Shown here piece by piece: positions 9,242 through 18,901 of a stretch of DNA of 61,894 nt. The position numbers and the translations under genes are program-made. Each line of letters starts with the position of its first letter. Within the stretch, counting starts at the first letter, position 1. The notes under the pieces were generated by a model. The model had not been told where the DNA came from and made no database searches. It saw only the letters and a program-made list of their open reading frames with translations. The DNA is from Acidimicrobiia bacterium (GTDB lineage: Bacteria > Actinomycetota > Acidimicrobiia > IMCC26256 > JACDBD01), in the NCBI GenBank assembly GCA_035938395.1, contig DASZGY010000019.1, positions 1-61,894 of the forward strand. Reading direction: 5' to 3'.

Positions 9242-11377
9242 TCAACTCTTGAAGAGGAACTCGACCGCGTCGCCGAGCATGTCCTCGACCTCCTCGCGCA
9301 GCTGCGCGTGCTCCGACAACGTCGGGTCGACGTCGAGGATCTGCTCGGCGACGGCGCGCGCCTCCAGGACGATCGGCTCGTCGCGCGGGATCCGTCCGAG
9401 CTTGAGATCGCTGAACCCGGCCTGGCGTTCGCCGAACACCTCCCCCGCGCCGCGAATCTCGAGGTCGCGCTCGGCGAGGAGGAAGCCGTCGGTCGACCCC
9501 GCGACGGCTTCCATGCGGGCGTCGGCCTCGGGGGTCGACGGATCGGCGAACAGGAAGCACCAGGATTCGCCGCCCCCGCGTCCGATGCGACCGCGCAGCT
9601 GATGCAGCTGCGAGAGACCGAAGCGGTCGGCGTCTTCGACGATCATGACCGTCGCGTTGGGAACATCGACGCCGACCTCCACCACTGTCGTGGCCACGAG
9701 CACGTCGACGTCACCGGCGCGGAACGCGTCCATCACCGACTCCTTCTCGCGCGCCGGCAGCTGCCCGTGGAGCAGACCGAGGCGCAGCCCCGCGAGCTCC
9801 TCCTCGCCGAGACGCTCGTACTCCTCGGTCGCGGCCTTGGCCTCGGTGCGCGCCGATTCCTCGACGAGGGGGCACACGACGTACGCCTGCCGGCCGGCGT
9901 CGACCTCGATGCGGAGGCGGTCGTAGGCGGTGGTGCGCTCGAGCGGGCTGGGCCCGATCACCTGCGTGGTCACCGGCGTCCGCCCCGGGGGCATCTCCCG
10001 CAATTCGGACTTGTCGAGATCGCCGTAGACGAGCATCGCGGCGGTGCGCGGGATGGGCGTCGCCGTCATGACGAGGACGTCCGGATCCTCTCCCATGCCG
10101 CGCAGCAAAGCGCGCTGCTCGACGCCGAAGCGGTGCTGCTCGTCGATCACGGCCACGCCGAGGCGGGCGAACTCGACCTCGCCGTAGATCAATGCGTGCG
10201 TGCCCACCACGATGTCGACCTCCCCGGCGTGCAGCCCCTCGGCGATCCGGCGCCGGTCGGCGGCGCCGGTGCGGTTGGTGACGAGCTCGACGCGCACCGG
10301 CCGATGGCCGACCAGCGTCGCCTCCGACGGCACGGAGAGGTTCTCGAGGAGGCGTCGCGACGTGAGGTAGTGCTGCTCGGCCAGCACCTCGGTAGGCGCC
10401 ATGAACGCGCCCTGATAGCCGCTCTGCACCGCGACGAGCAGCGCGCTGAGCGCGACCACTGTCTTCCCCGAGCCGACGTCGCCCTGCAACAGACGGTGCA
10501 TCGGAGCGGGCGACGCAAGGTCGCGGAAGATCTGGTCGATCGCCTGGCTCTGATCGCCGGTGAGCGCGAACGGCAACGCGCCGTGGAACGACTCCACGAG
10601 ATGGCCGTCGACCGCGTGACGGATCCCGGTCTGCTCCTCGGCGAGCGCGCGCTTACGCGCCACCAGCCCGACCTGCATGCGAACGAACTCGTCGAACTTG
10701 AGTCGTTCGGCGGCGCGGGCGTGGTCGGCGTGCGCCTCCGGCCGGTGGATCCCACGGTACGCACGGGTCCGGTCAACGAGCCCGCGCTCGTCGAGGAGCT
10801 CGGTGCCGAGCGGCTCGGCGAAGCCGCGCGGCTTGGTCTTCTGCAGGCACGCGGCAACGAGCTTGCGCAGCTGCCAGGTGAACACCTCCGCCTTCCCCGA
10901 CTGCGGGTACACGGGCACGATCGCGCCCGTGTTCTCGCCGACGCGATCGAGGATGTCGACGATCGGGTTGGTCATCTGCAGCCGGGAGCGCCGGTATTCG
11001 ACCCGTCCGAAGAACGCGGCTTCGGTCCCCTCCGGCAGCTGCTTCTCCCGCCAGCCCTGGTTGAAGAACACGACGCGCAGGTAGGACGAGCCGTCGAACA
11101 CCTCCGCTTCGACCATGGCGCGGCCCTGGCGCGTCCGGAAGCCCCGGATCTTCTTGACCTCGGCGAACACGGTCGCCTCCTCGCCCATCGTGAGCTCGGC
11201 GATCTCGGCCCGCTTCGTGCGGTCGTGGTACCGGCGCGGGTAGTGCTGGAGGAGGTCGAGGACGGTGCGGATCTCCATCTCGGCGAGCGAGGCCTCGAGC
11301 TTGGGGCCGACGGCCTTCAGCTCGGCGACGGGATGCGCGGCAAGCTCGCGCAGCGTCAACCCGTCGGGCCGACCCAC
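9242..11377 (-). CDS. recG: ATP-dependent DNA helicase RecG
   Basis: QGDVGSGKT, DEQHRFGV, TATPIPRT, QLHQLRGRIGRG motifs. Confidence 0.98.
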   Translation of the reverse strand: MGRPDGLTLRELAAHPVAELKAVGPKLEASLAEMEIRTVLDLLQHYPRRYHDRTKRAEIAELTMGEEATVFAEVKKIRGFRTRQGRAMVEAEVFDGSSYLRVVFFNQGWREKQLPEGTEAAFFGRVEYRRSRLQMTNPIVDILDRVGENTGAIVPVYPQSGKAEVFTWQLRKLVAACLQKTKPRGFAEPLGTELLDERGLVDRTRAYRGIHRPEAHADHARAAERLKFDEFVRMQVGLVARKRALAEEQTGIRHAVDGHLVESFHGALPFALTGDQSQAIDQIFRDLASPAPMHRLLQGDVGSGKTVVALSALLVAVQSGYQGAFMAPTEVLAEQHYLTSRRLLENLSVPSEATLVGHRPVRVELVTNRTGAADRRRIAEGLHAGEVDIVVGTHALIYGEVEFARLGVAVIDEQHRFGVEQRALLRGMGEDPDVLVMTATPIPRTAAMLVYGDLDKSELREMPPGRTPVTTQVIGPSPLERTTAYDRLRIEVDAGRQAYVVCPLVEESARTEAKAATEEYERLGEEELAGLRLGLLHGQLPAREKESVMDAFRAGDVDVLVATTVVEVGVDVPNATVMIVEDADRFGLSQLHQLRGRIGRGGGESWCFLFADPSTPEADARMEAVAGSTDGFLLAERDLEIRGAGEVFGERQAGFSDLKLGRIPRDEPIVLEARAVAEQILDVDPTLSEHAQLREEVEDMLGDAVEFLFKS

Positions 11378-11380
11378 CGC

Positions 11381-13033
11381 CTACTCGACGCCGACGAGGT
11401 ACGGGTACAGAGGCTGGTTGCCCTCGTGCACTTCGACCTCGAGCTCCGGATGCGCGAGCGCGAGGTGCTCCTCGAGCCGGGCGGTGTCGCTCGTGACGGC
11501 GTCGGCGCCGACGAGCACGGTGACCAGCTCGCTGTCGTCGACGGCGAGCCGGTCGACGAGCCCGATGGCGGCGTCGACCGCGGTCTTGGCGACCACCGAC
11601 ACGCCGTCGCGACTGATCGCGATCCAGTCGCCGGCCTTGATCGGTCCGCCTTCGCCTACTGCATCGCGCACGGCTTGTGTCACCTCTCCCGTGCGCACAC
11701 GCTGCACGGCTTCGGTCATCGCGGCCACGTTGGCGTCGACATCGGCCTGCGGGTCGTAGGCGACGAGCGCCGCCAGCGCCTCCACGACCGCCTGGGTCGG
11801 GACCACCTCGACGCGGCGCTCGGTCAAGCCGTGGACCTGCTCGGCGACCGGGACGATGTTCTTGTTGTTGGGGAGCACGATCACCGAGTCCGCCGGGCAG
11901 CACTCGACCGCCTCGAGGATCTGCGCCGTCGACGGGTTCATGGACTGACCGCCGGCGACGACCGCTTGGACGCCGAGGCTGTTCAGGAGCCGCTGCACCC
12001 CTTCGCCGACGCCCACCGCGACGACGGCCGTCGTGCAGGGCTCGGCCGCGGTCCGCGGCTCGGGGGCGGATTCCCGCGCCGGGCCCGTGCCCGCTTGCTC
12101 ACGGACCCACTGTTCTTCCTCGACCTGGTCGTGCAGGTCGGTGACGCGGATGTTCAGGGGTCGCCCGGCCTCGATGCCGGCCTCGATCGCAGCGCCGACG
12201 TCATTGGTGTGGACGTGGCAGTTCCACATGCCGTCCCCACCGACGACGACGATCGAGTCGCCGAGTGACGCCCAGGTGTCCTTGAACGCCGGAATCGTCG
12301 CGTCCTTCGCTTCGAGGAGGTACATCACCTCGTAGCGGAGCGACGACGTGTCGTCGCCGTGGAGATGGGCCTCGACCGCGGGTGGCGTCGCCACGACCTC
12401 CGGTTCCGGCAACGGGCGGCCGTCGACGACGGTGAGGAATGCGTCGAGCATCAGCGCGAACCCCTGGCCCCCGGCGTCGACGACGCCTGCTTCCTTGAGC
12501 ACGGGGAGCAGCTCGGGGGTCCGCTCGACCGCATCCCGGGCGGCGGCGGCAGCGCGATCCAGCAGCGCAGTCAGCGACTTCTCTCCGGCCTCGTAGGCGG
12601 CCTCGACCGCCTCCGTCGCCGCGCGCACCACGGTCAGGATCGTGCCTTCGACCGGCCGCAACACGGCCTGGTACGCGGCGTCGGTCGCCCGCCGGAGGCC
12701 GGCGACGAGGTCGGGGGCGGACGCCTCGTCATGGTCGGAGAAGGTGTCGGCGAGCCCGCGCAGGATCTGCGACAGGATGACGCCCGAGTTGCCCCGGGCG
12801 CCCATGAGTGACCCGTGCGAGACCGCGTGGCAGACCTCGGCCATCCCGTCGGCCGAGTCGAGCTCCCCCACGACCGACTCGAGCGTGAGGGCCATGTTGG
12901 TGCCCGTGTCGCCGTCGGGGACGGGATAGACGTTGAGGCGGTTCAGCTCGTCCTGGTGGGAGCGCAGCGCGTCGCGATAGGTGATGACGAAACGCCGCAG
13001 ATCAGCAGGCGCGAGCTCCTCGAGCACACTCAC
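11381..13033 (-). CDS. DAK2-domain protein (fatty acid kinase FakA/YloV family)
   Basis: [46 protein letters not shown]; between rpmB and recG. Confidence 0.93.
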   Translation of the reverse strand: MSVLEELAPADLRRFVITYRDALRSHQDELNRLNVYPVPDGDTGTNMALTLESVVGELDSADGMAEVCHAVSHGSLMGARGNSGVILSQILRGLADTFSDHDEASAPDLVAGLRRATDAAYQAVLRPVEGTILTVVRAATEAVEAAYEAGEKSLTALLDRAAAAARDAVERTPELLPVLKEAGVVDAGGQGFALMLDAFLTVVDGRPLPEPEVVATPPAVEAHLHGDDTSSLRYEVMYLLEAKDATIPAFKDTWASLGDSIVVVGGDGMWNCHVHTNDVGAAIEAGIEAGRPLNIRVTDLHDQVEEEQWVREQAGTGPARESAPEPRTAAEPCTTAVVAVGVGEGVQRLLNSLGVQAVVAGGQSMNPSTAQILEAVECCPADSVIVLPNNKNIVPVAEQVHGLTERRVEVVPTQAVVEALAALVAYDPQADVDANVAAMTEAVQRVRTGEVTQAVRDAVGEGGPIKAGDWIAISRDGVSVVAKTAVDAAIGLVDRLAVDDSELVTVLVGADAVTSDTARLEEHLALAHPELEVEVHEGNQPLYPYLVGVE

Positions 13034-13121
13034 GAGCGGATGTTACTGCCGTCACATTCCGGGGCTTCTGTATGCCGTTGCTATCCTTGGCTGTTCCCCG
13101 ACCCGCTTCGAGGTGGTCCCG

Positions 13122-13310
13122 ATGGCATCCGTGTGCGACGTGTGCGGCAAGAAGCCGCAGTTCGGCATGCGCGTGAGCCACTCGCACAGGCGCACGAAGC
13201 GGCGCTGGAACCCGAACGTCCAGCGCGTCCGCGCCATCGTGGACGGCAGCCCGAAGCGAATCCACGTCTGCACGTCCTGCCTGAAGGCAGGCAAGGTGCA
13301 GAAGCCGTAG
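13122..13310 (+). CDS. rpmB: 50S ribosomal protein L28 (CxxC...CxxC form)
   Basis: [34 protein letters not shown]...[10 protein letters not shown]; GAGGTG RBS. Confidence 0.97.
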   Translation: MASVCDVCGKKPQFGMRVSHSHRRTKRRWNPNVQRVRAIVDGSPKRIHVCTSCLKAGKVQKP

Positions 13311-13322
13311 CGAGGAGCACCC

Positions 13323-13550
13323 GTGCAGGGAGTGATCCGGACCTACGACCCCCAGACCCGTGAGGGCGTGGTCATGCGCGACACCGATCGCGAGGAGTTC
13401 ACGCTGTCGCTCGGGGCGCTCGACGGCTCGATCTTCCGGATGCTGCGCCAGGGTCAGCGGGTCGTGTTCGACCTCGACGAAGCCGGGCTGGCGACCAAGG
13501 TGCGCATCGGTGCCGAGATCGACATGGGCCTTCCCACCGCCGACGTCTGA
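13323..13550 (+). CDS. Cold-shock-like OB-fold small protein
   Basis: MQGVIRTYD...G..., LRQGQRVVFD pattern of CSD; GAGGAG RBS; RNP aromatics absent. Confidence 0.65.
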   Translation: MQGVIRTYDPQTREGVVMRDTDREEFTLSLGALDGSIFRMLRQGQRVVFDLDEAGLATKVRIGAEIDMGLPTADV

Positions 13551-13593
13551 CGGGTTCCCCGCCCGGCTCCAATCGCTCCTCCTCGCCGCGGCT

Positions 13594-13857
13594 TCAGCGC
13601 CGCCGCCGGCCGCCGCCCGTGAGCGCGCCGTAGACGAAGAGCAGCAGCGTCGCGCCGACGAACGCGACGAGCAGCGAGTAGATGCTGAAGTCGTTGATGC
13701 CCTCGCCGCCGGCGGCCGAGAAGATGATGCCGCCGAGGATGCCGCCCGCGATCCCGATCAGGACCGTGCCGATGCACCCTGCGCCTTTCACCCCGGTGAC
13801 GCCCTTCGCCAGCGCGCCGGCGATGAACCCGACCACGATCCACGACAGCCAGCTCAT
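13594..13857 (-). CDS. GlsB/YeaQ/YmgE transglycosylase-associated membrane protein
   Basis: WIVVGFIAGALAK...GIAGGILGG...AFVGATLLL; GGAGG RBS. Confidence 0.9.
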   Translation of the reverse strand: MSWLSWIVVGFIAGALAKGVTGVKGAGCIGTVLIGIAGGILGGIIFSAAGGEGINDFSIYSLLVAFVGATLLLFVYGALTGGGRRRR

Positions 13858-14009
13858 GACGTCCTCCCCGAACGGTGCGCGGCCGGCGTCAACCTAGCCG
13901 TGTCCCCGTATGCACCGGGGGCTTCCGGGGTACACCGGGCGACGGTTCGGCCGGTTTGGGCGGTCGCCGATAGGCTGTTCGAACCGTTTCCCCGCAAGGA
14001 GTCGGCTTC

Positions 14010-15815
14010 GTGTCCGTCACGTTGAACGCCCCACCCACTCGGAATCAGAGGCTCCTGGGGTGGGTGAACGAGATGGTCGCCCTCTGCGAGCCGGATTCCG
14101 TCCACTGGTTCGAAGGGACAGACGAGGAGTACGAGCTGCTGAGCAAGCAGCTGGTCGAGGCGGGCACGCTCGTCGAGCTCGATCCGGCCAAGCGCCCCGG
14201 CTCGTACTGGGCGGCATCCGACCCGGGTGACGTCGCCCGCGTCGAGGACCGGACCTTCGTGTGCTCCGAACGCGAGGCCGACGCCGGGCCGACCAACAAC
14301 TGGGAGGACCCGTCAGAGATGCGGGCCCGCCTCCGGCAGCTGTTCGCGGGCTCGATGCGGGGTCGGACGATGTACGTGGTGCCCTTCAGCATGGGCCCGC
14401 TCGGCTCGCCGCTCTCCTACATCGGCGTGGAGATCACCGACTCGCCTTACGTCGCCCTGAGCATGCGCATCATGACCCGGGCCGGCACTCCTGCCCTCGA
14501 GGTGCTCGGCGACGGCGAGTTCGTGCCGTGCATGCATTCGGTCGGCGCGCCGCTCGAGCCGGGCGAGGTCGACGTCGCCTGGCCGTGCAACAACGAGGAG
14601 AAGTGGATCGTCCACTTCCCCGAGTCCCGCGAGATCTGGTCATACGGATCGGGCTACGGAGGCAACGCGCTCCTCGGCAAGAAGTGCTTCGCGCTCCGGA
14701 TCGCGTCCGTGATCGCACGTGACGAGGGCTGGCTCGCGGAGCACATGCTCATCCTCAAGCTCACCAACCCGGAGGGCGTGAGCCGCTACATCGCAGCTGC
14801 GTTCCCGTCGGCGTGCGGCAAGACGAACCTCGCCATGCTGATCCCGACAGTGCCGGGCTGGGAAGCCGAGACCATCGGCGACGACATCGCGTGGATGAAG
14901 TTCGGCGACGACGGCCGCCTGTACGCGATCAACCCCGAGTTCGGGTTCTTCGGCGTCGCCCCCGGGACGAGCATGGACACGAACCCGAACGCCATGCTGA
15001 CCCTCACCAAGAACACCGTGTTCACGAACACCGCTCTCACCGACGACGGCGACGTGTGGTGGGAGGGCATGACCTCCACGCCGCCCGCGCACTGCACCGA
15101 CTGGCGGCGCAACGACTGGACGTCCGAGTCGGAGACGCCCGCCGCGCATCCCAACTCGCGGTTCTGCGTGCCCGCATCGCAGTGCCCGGTGATCGCCCCC
15201 GAGTGGGAGGACCCGAAGGGCGTCCCGATCTCGGCGTTCTTGTTCGGCGGCCGCCGCGCCACGACCGTCCCCCTCGTGTTCGAGGCGCGCAACTGGCGCC
15301 ACGGCGTGTTCATCGGGTCGACCATGGGCTCCGAGAAGACCGCGGCCGCGGTCGGCGGGCTCGGTCAGCTCCGCCGCGACCCGTTCGCGATGCTGCCGTT
15401 CTGCGGCTACCACATGGCCGACTACTTCTCCCACTGGCTGAGCATGCCCGGCCGTACCGACGAGTCGCAGCTGCCGCGCATCTACGGCGTCAACTGGTTC
15501 CGGAAGGACGCCGACGGCAAGTTCCTGTGGCCCGGCTTCGGTGAGAACTCCCGGGTGCTCGAGTGGGTCTTCGGCCGCTGCGAGGGAACGGCCGGAGCCG
15601 AGGAGACCGCCATCGGATTCGTGCCGGGCGCCGGCCACCTCGACGTCGACGGGCTCGACGCGTCCACGGACGCGGTCGACGCCGCGGTGCGCGTCGATCC
15701 CGACGAGTGGCGGGCCGAGGTGCCGCTCATCCGCGAGCACTTCGAGTCGCTGGGCGACAAGCTCCCGACGCCGTTGTGGGACGAGCTGAGCGCGCTGGAG
15801 GCCCGGCTCGGCTAG
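14010..15815 (+). CDS. pckG: Phosphoenolpyruvate carboxykinase (GTP)
   Basis: [56 protein letters not shown]. Confidence 0.98.
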   Translation: MSVTLNAPPTRNQRLLGWVNEMVALCEPDSVHWFEGTDEEYELLSKQLVEAGTLVELDPAKRPGSYWAASDPGDVARVEDRTFVCSEREADAGPTNNWEDPSEMRARLRQLFAGSMRGRTMYVVPFSMGPLGSPLSYIGVEITDSPYVALSMRIMTRAGTPALEVLGDGEFVPCMHSVGAPLEPGEVDVAWPCNNEEKWIVHFPESREIWSYGSGYGGNALLGKKCFALRIASVIARDEGWLAEHMLILKLTNPEGVSRYIAAAFPSACGKTNLAMLIPTVPGWEAETIGDDIAWMKFGDDGRLYAINPEFGFFGVAPGTSMDTNPNAMLTLTKNTVFTNTALTDDGDVWWEGMTSTPPAHCTDWRRNDWTSESETPAAHPNSRFCVPASQCPVIAPEWEDPKGVPISAFLFGGRRATTVPLVFEARNWRHGVFIGSTMGSEKTAAAVGGLGQLRRDPFAMLPFCGYHMADYFSHWLSMPGRTDESQLPRIYGVNWFRKDADGKFLWPGFGENSRVLEWVFGRCEGTAGAEETAIGFVPGAGHLDVDGLDASTDAVDAAVRVDPDEWRAEVPLIREHFESLGDKLPTPLWDELSALEARLG

Positions 15816-15847
15816 AACGGTCCCCGCGTAGGAAAGGGGAACCGCCG

Positions 15848-17029
15848 ATGGCCGATCGCGTGATCCACGACGCCGACGCGCACCTCTTGGAGCCGCCGGA
15901 TCTGTTCACGGAGCACGCCGATCCCGACGTGCGCGATCGCATCGACGAGCTCACCGTCGGATTCCGGATCAACGACGACGGCACGAGCGAGAACGAGATC
16001 GTCGAGCATTTCCGCCGCCGCCACGGCGATCCCGAGTTCCGTAGCCACGACGAAGAGGAGATCTGGCTGCGCAAGAACTTCGAGGCCACGGGCTCTTTCA
16101 TCGCCGAGGACCGTCCCGCCGCCATCGACATGCTCGGCGTCGCCAGCCAGCTCATCTTCAACACGTTCACCAACAAGACGCTGCAACGCGTGGAGCACGG
16201 CGACGATCTCGACCTGGCGTACGGCCTCGCCCGGGCGCACAACCGCGCTGTCGTCGAGTTCTGTTCCGTCGACGCTCGCCTCCTGCCGACGGGATACGTG
16301 CCGCTCGCCGATTTCGAGCGGTCGGCCGCGTTCGCGGGCGACGCGCTCGAGATGGGCTGCAAGGCGCTGCTGATCGCGTCGGCGTCCCCGCGGCGCCACT
16401 CTCCGAGCCACGTCGGCCTCGACCCGGTGTGGGCCCAGGCGCAGGAGGCGGGCATCCCGATCGTCTTCCACGTCGGCGGGGGCGGACGCCTCGTCGACCC
16501 GATGATCTTCGAGAACGGCCTGCCACCCGTGCCGGACTTCCACGGCGGCGACGGCAACTTCCGTTCCGTCGACTACATCGCCATCCAGTACCCGGTGATG
16601 CAGGTGCTCGGGACGCTGATCATCGACCGCGTGCTCGACCGCTTCCCCACCCTCCGCTTCGGGGTCATCGAGCAGGGCGGGACCTGGCTCCCCGGGCTCA
16701 TGCGGACGCTCGACTCCGCCGCCGACGCCTTCCGCCGGAACGAGGAGCGGCTCCAGCAGCTCGAGCTGCGCCCGAGCGAGTACATCACCCGCCAGGTGCG
16801 CGTGACGCCGTACCCCCACGAGGACGCGGGCTGGATCATCGAGCAGTCGGGCGACGACATCTGCATGTTCTCCTCCGACTACCCGCACGTCGAAGGCGGT
16901 CGGAACCCACTCGGGCGATTCGAGCGGAGCCTGGCGCCCGTGTCGGAGCACGCCAAGCAGCGCTTCTACTGCGACAACTTCGTCGACCTCATGGGCGCGG
17001 GCCTCCCCGCCACGGTGCAGATCGGATAG
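15848..17029 (+). CDS. Amidohydrolase family protein (Amidohydro_2)
   Basis: HDADAH, FHVGG, FSSDYPHVE metal-binding motifs; start at ATG 15848 after GGGGA. Confidence 0.88.
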   Translation: MADRVIHDADAHLLEPPDLFTEHADPDVRDRIDELTVGFRINDDGTSENEIVEHFRRRHGDPEFRSHDEEEIWLRKNFEATGSFIAEDRPAAIDMLGVASQLIFNTFTNKTLQRVEHGDDLDLAYGLARAHNRAVVEFCSVDARLLPTGYVPLADFERSAAFAGDALEMGCKALLIASASPRRHSPSHVGLDPVWAQAQEAGIPIVFHVGGGGRLVDPMIFENGLPPVPDFHGGDGNFRSVDYIAIQYPVMQVLGTLIIDRVLDRFPTLRFGVIEQGGTWLPGLMRTLDSAADAFRRNEERLQQLELRPSEYITRQVRVTPYPHEDAGWIIEQSGDDICMFSSDYPHVEGGRNPLGRFERSLAPVSEHAKQRFYCDNFVDLMGAGLPATVQIG

Positions 17030-17101
17030 CAGGAGGCCGAGCGGACGCGCCGGAACCCGGCGCTACCATGCGCGCCCGAGCCGGTTGCACAGGGGGCCCG
17101 C

Positions 17102-17338
17102 ATGACCGTCACCGCGTACGTGCTCATCCAGACCGAGGTCGGCAAGGCCGTCGCCGTGGCCGAGCAGGCCCGCAAGATCACCGGAGTCCTGTCGGCGGAC
17201 GACGTCACCGGTCCGTACGACGTGATCGTCAAGACGGAAGCTCCCAGCCTGGACGAGCTCGGCAAGATGGTCGTTTCCCAGATCCAGTCGGTCGAGGGGA
17301 TCACCCGCACGTTCACGTGCCCGGTGGTGAACCTCTAG
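17102..17338 (+). CDS. Stand-alone Lrp/AsnC ligand-binding (RAM) domain protein
   Basis: AYVLIQTEVGK, VTGPYDVIV, ITRTFTCPV; convergent with ddl as is usual in actinobacteria. Confidence 0.9.
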   Translation: MTVTAYVLIQTEVGKAVAVAEQARKITGVLSADDVTGPYDVIVKTEAPSLDELGKMVVSQIQSVEGITRTFTCPVVNL

Positions 17339-17347
17339 CTGGATTGA

Positions 17348-18505
17348 CTACTCGTCGCGCTGGCGGCCGGCTCGTTTCGCCCGCCGCTCGTGGCGCGCGA
17401 ACGCCAGCTCGATCAGGCGGTCCAGCAGCTCGGGATAGCTGACGCCTGACTCCTCCCAGAGGCGGGGGTACTGGGAGACGCCGGCGACGAACCCCGGGAT
17501 GGTGTTGATCTCGTTGACGAGGAAGCCGCGCCCCGCACCGCCGTCGGCGCGCTGCTCCTCGAAGAAGAAGTCCACCCGGGCCATCGCTTCGCAGCGGCAC
17601 GCCTCGAACGCGCGCACCCCGAGCGCTCGCACCTCATCGGTCAGCTCCGGCGTCAGCGGCGCCGGGATCAGGAGCTGCGCGTCGTCGCGCTCGTACTTGT
17701 CCGCATACGAGTAGAACTCGTCACCGGGGACGACCTCCCCCGGCACCGACACCTCCGGCGGGTCGTCACCGAGGACCGCGACCTCGACTTCCCGCCCGTC
17801 GATCGCCTCTTCGACGATCGCCCACTCGTCGAAGCTCAGGGCGAGGTCGAGGGAGGCGTCGAAGCTCGCCCGATCGCGCGCCTTCGACACGCCGACGGAC
17901 GAGCCGAGATTGGCGGGCTTGACGAAGCAGGGATATCCGATCTCGGACTCCACGTGAGCTGCGAACGCGACCCGATCGTGGCCGTCCCGGAACGACGCGT
18001 ACTTCGCGATCGGAAGTCCGCACGCCGCGAACGCCCGCTTCATCATCACCTTGTCCATCCCGACCGCCGAGCCCACGACGCCGGCGCCGACGTACGGCAG
18101 GCCGGCCAGCTCCAGCAGTCCCTGGACGGTGCCGTCCTCCCCGTACGGGCCGTGGAGGAGCGGGAGCACCACATCCGCGTCGAGCGCCGAGCGCACCGCG
18201 TGCTCCTCGAGCGCACCGTGCTCGCCGCGCGCCACCAGGTCACCCAGCTCCGAGACCGGCTCGCCCTCGACGGGCAACGCGGCCGGCAGCGCGTCCAGCC
18301 CCTGTTCGATCATCCGCCGCGCCTGGTCGGCGAAGAGCCATCGCCCGTCGGTCGTGATCGCGACCGGGAGCACCTCGTAGCGCGCGGGGTCGAGCGCTCG
18401 CGCGACCGCGACGGCGGTGACGCGCGACACGTCGTGCTCGGCCGAGCGCCCGCCGAAGAGCAGCAGCACGCGCACTCGACGGTGTGACGAACTCGAAGGG
18501 CTCAT
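17348..18505 (-). CDS. ddl: D-alanine--D-alanine ligase
   Basis: LFGGRSAEHDVS, LHGPYGEDGTVQG, KPANLGSSVG, FYSYADKY, EINTIPG. Confidence 0.96.
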   Translation of the reverse strand: MSPSSSSHRRVRVLLLFGGRSAEHDVSRVTAVAVARALDPARYEVLPVAITTDGRWLFADQARRMIEQGLDALPAALPVEGEPVSELGDLVARGEHGALEEHAVRSALDADVVLPLLHGPYGEDGTVQGLLELAGLPYVGAGVVGSAVGMDKVMMKRAFAACGLPIAKYASFRDGHDRVAFAAHVESEIGYPCFVKPANLGSSVGVSKARDRASFDASLDLALSFDEWAIVEEAIDGREVEVAVLGDDPPEVSVPGEVVPGDEFYSYADKYERDDAQLLIPAPLTPELTDEVRALGVRAFEACRCEAMARVDFFFEEQRADGGAGRGFLVNEINTIPGFVAGVSQYPRLWEESGVSYPELLDRLIELAFARHERRAKRAGRQRDE

Positions 18506-18873
18506 CAGACCACCTGGAACACTGCCCGGATCCCGAGACCCATGAGGAACAACCCGACGAGACCGTACAGCAGCTCGGTTCGTCCCCGCATCGACTCGCG
18601 GTACTGGAACGCCAGCCCGACGGTGATGAACACGAGGAACCCGTAGAACATGTGAATGCCCGGTGGCTTGAACTTGTACGCGGCGACCAGCGCAGTGCCG
18701 ACGACGACGTCGAACAGGAAGAGCACCTCGGCGACGATCGTCAGAATCCAGACCCAGCGCCCGCGCCAGCGCGCGACGCGCCACGCGACGAGGCACACGG
18801 TGCCCGCGATCGCGTTGGCCACGACCGCGACGAACCCGACCCACTTGTGTGTGTCGAACAGGATCGTTTCGAT
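18505..18873 (-). CDS. Small multi-pass membrane protein of unknown function (start uncertain)
   Basis: About four hydrophobic segments and an HMFYGF motif; high-GC3 codon usage; fills the gap between fadD and ddl; no canonical start upstream of the first TM. Confidence 0.7.
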   Translation of the reverse strand: METILFDTHKWVGFVAVVANAIAGTVCLVAWRVARWRGRWVWILTIVAEVLFLFDVVVGTALVAAYKFKPPGIHMFYGFLVFITVGLAFQYRESMRGRTELLYGLVGLFLMGLGIRAVFQVV

Positions 18874-18901
18874 CGCCGGTTCCCGAGGCCTCGAGCGTGC
18901 G

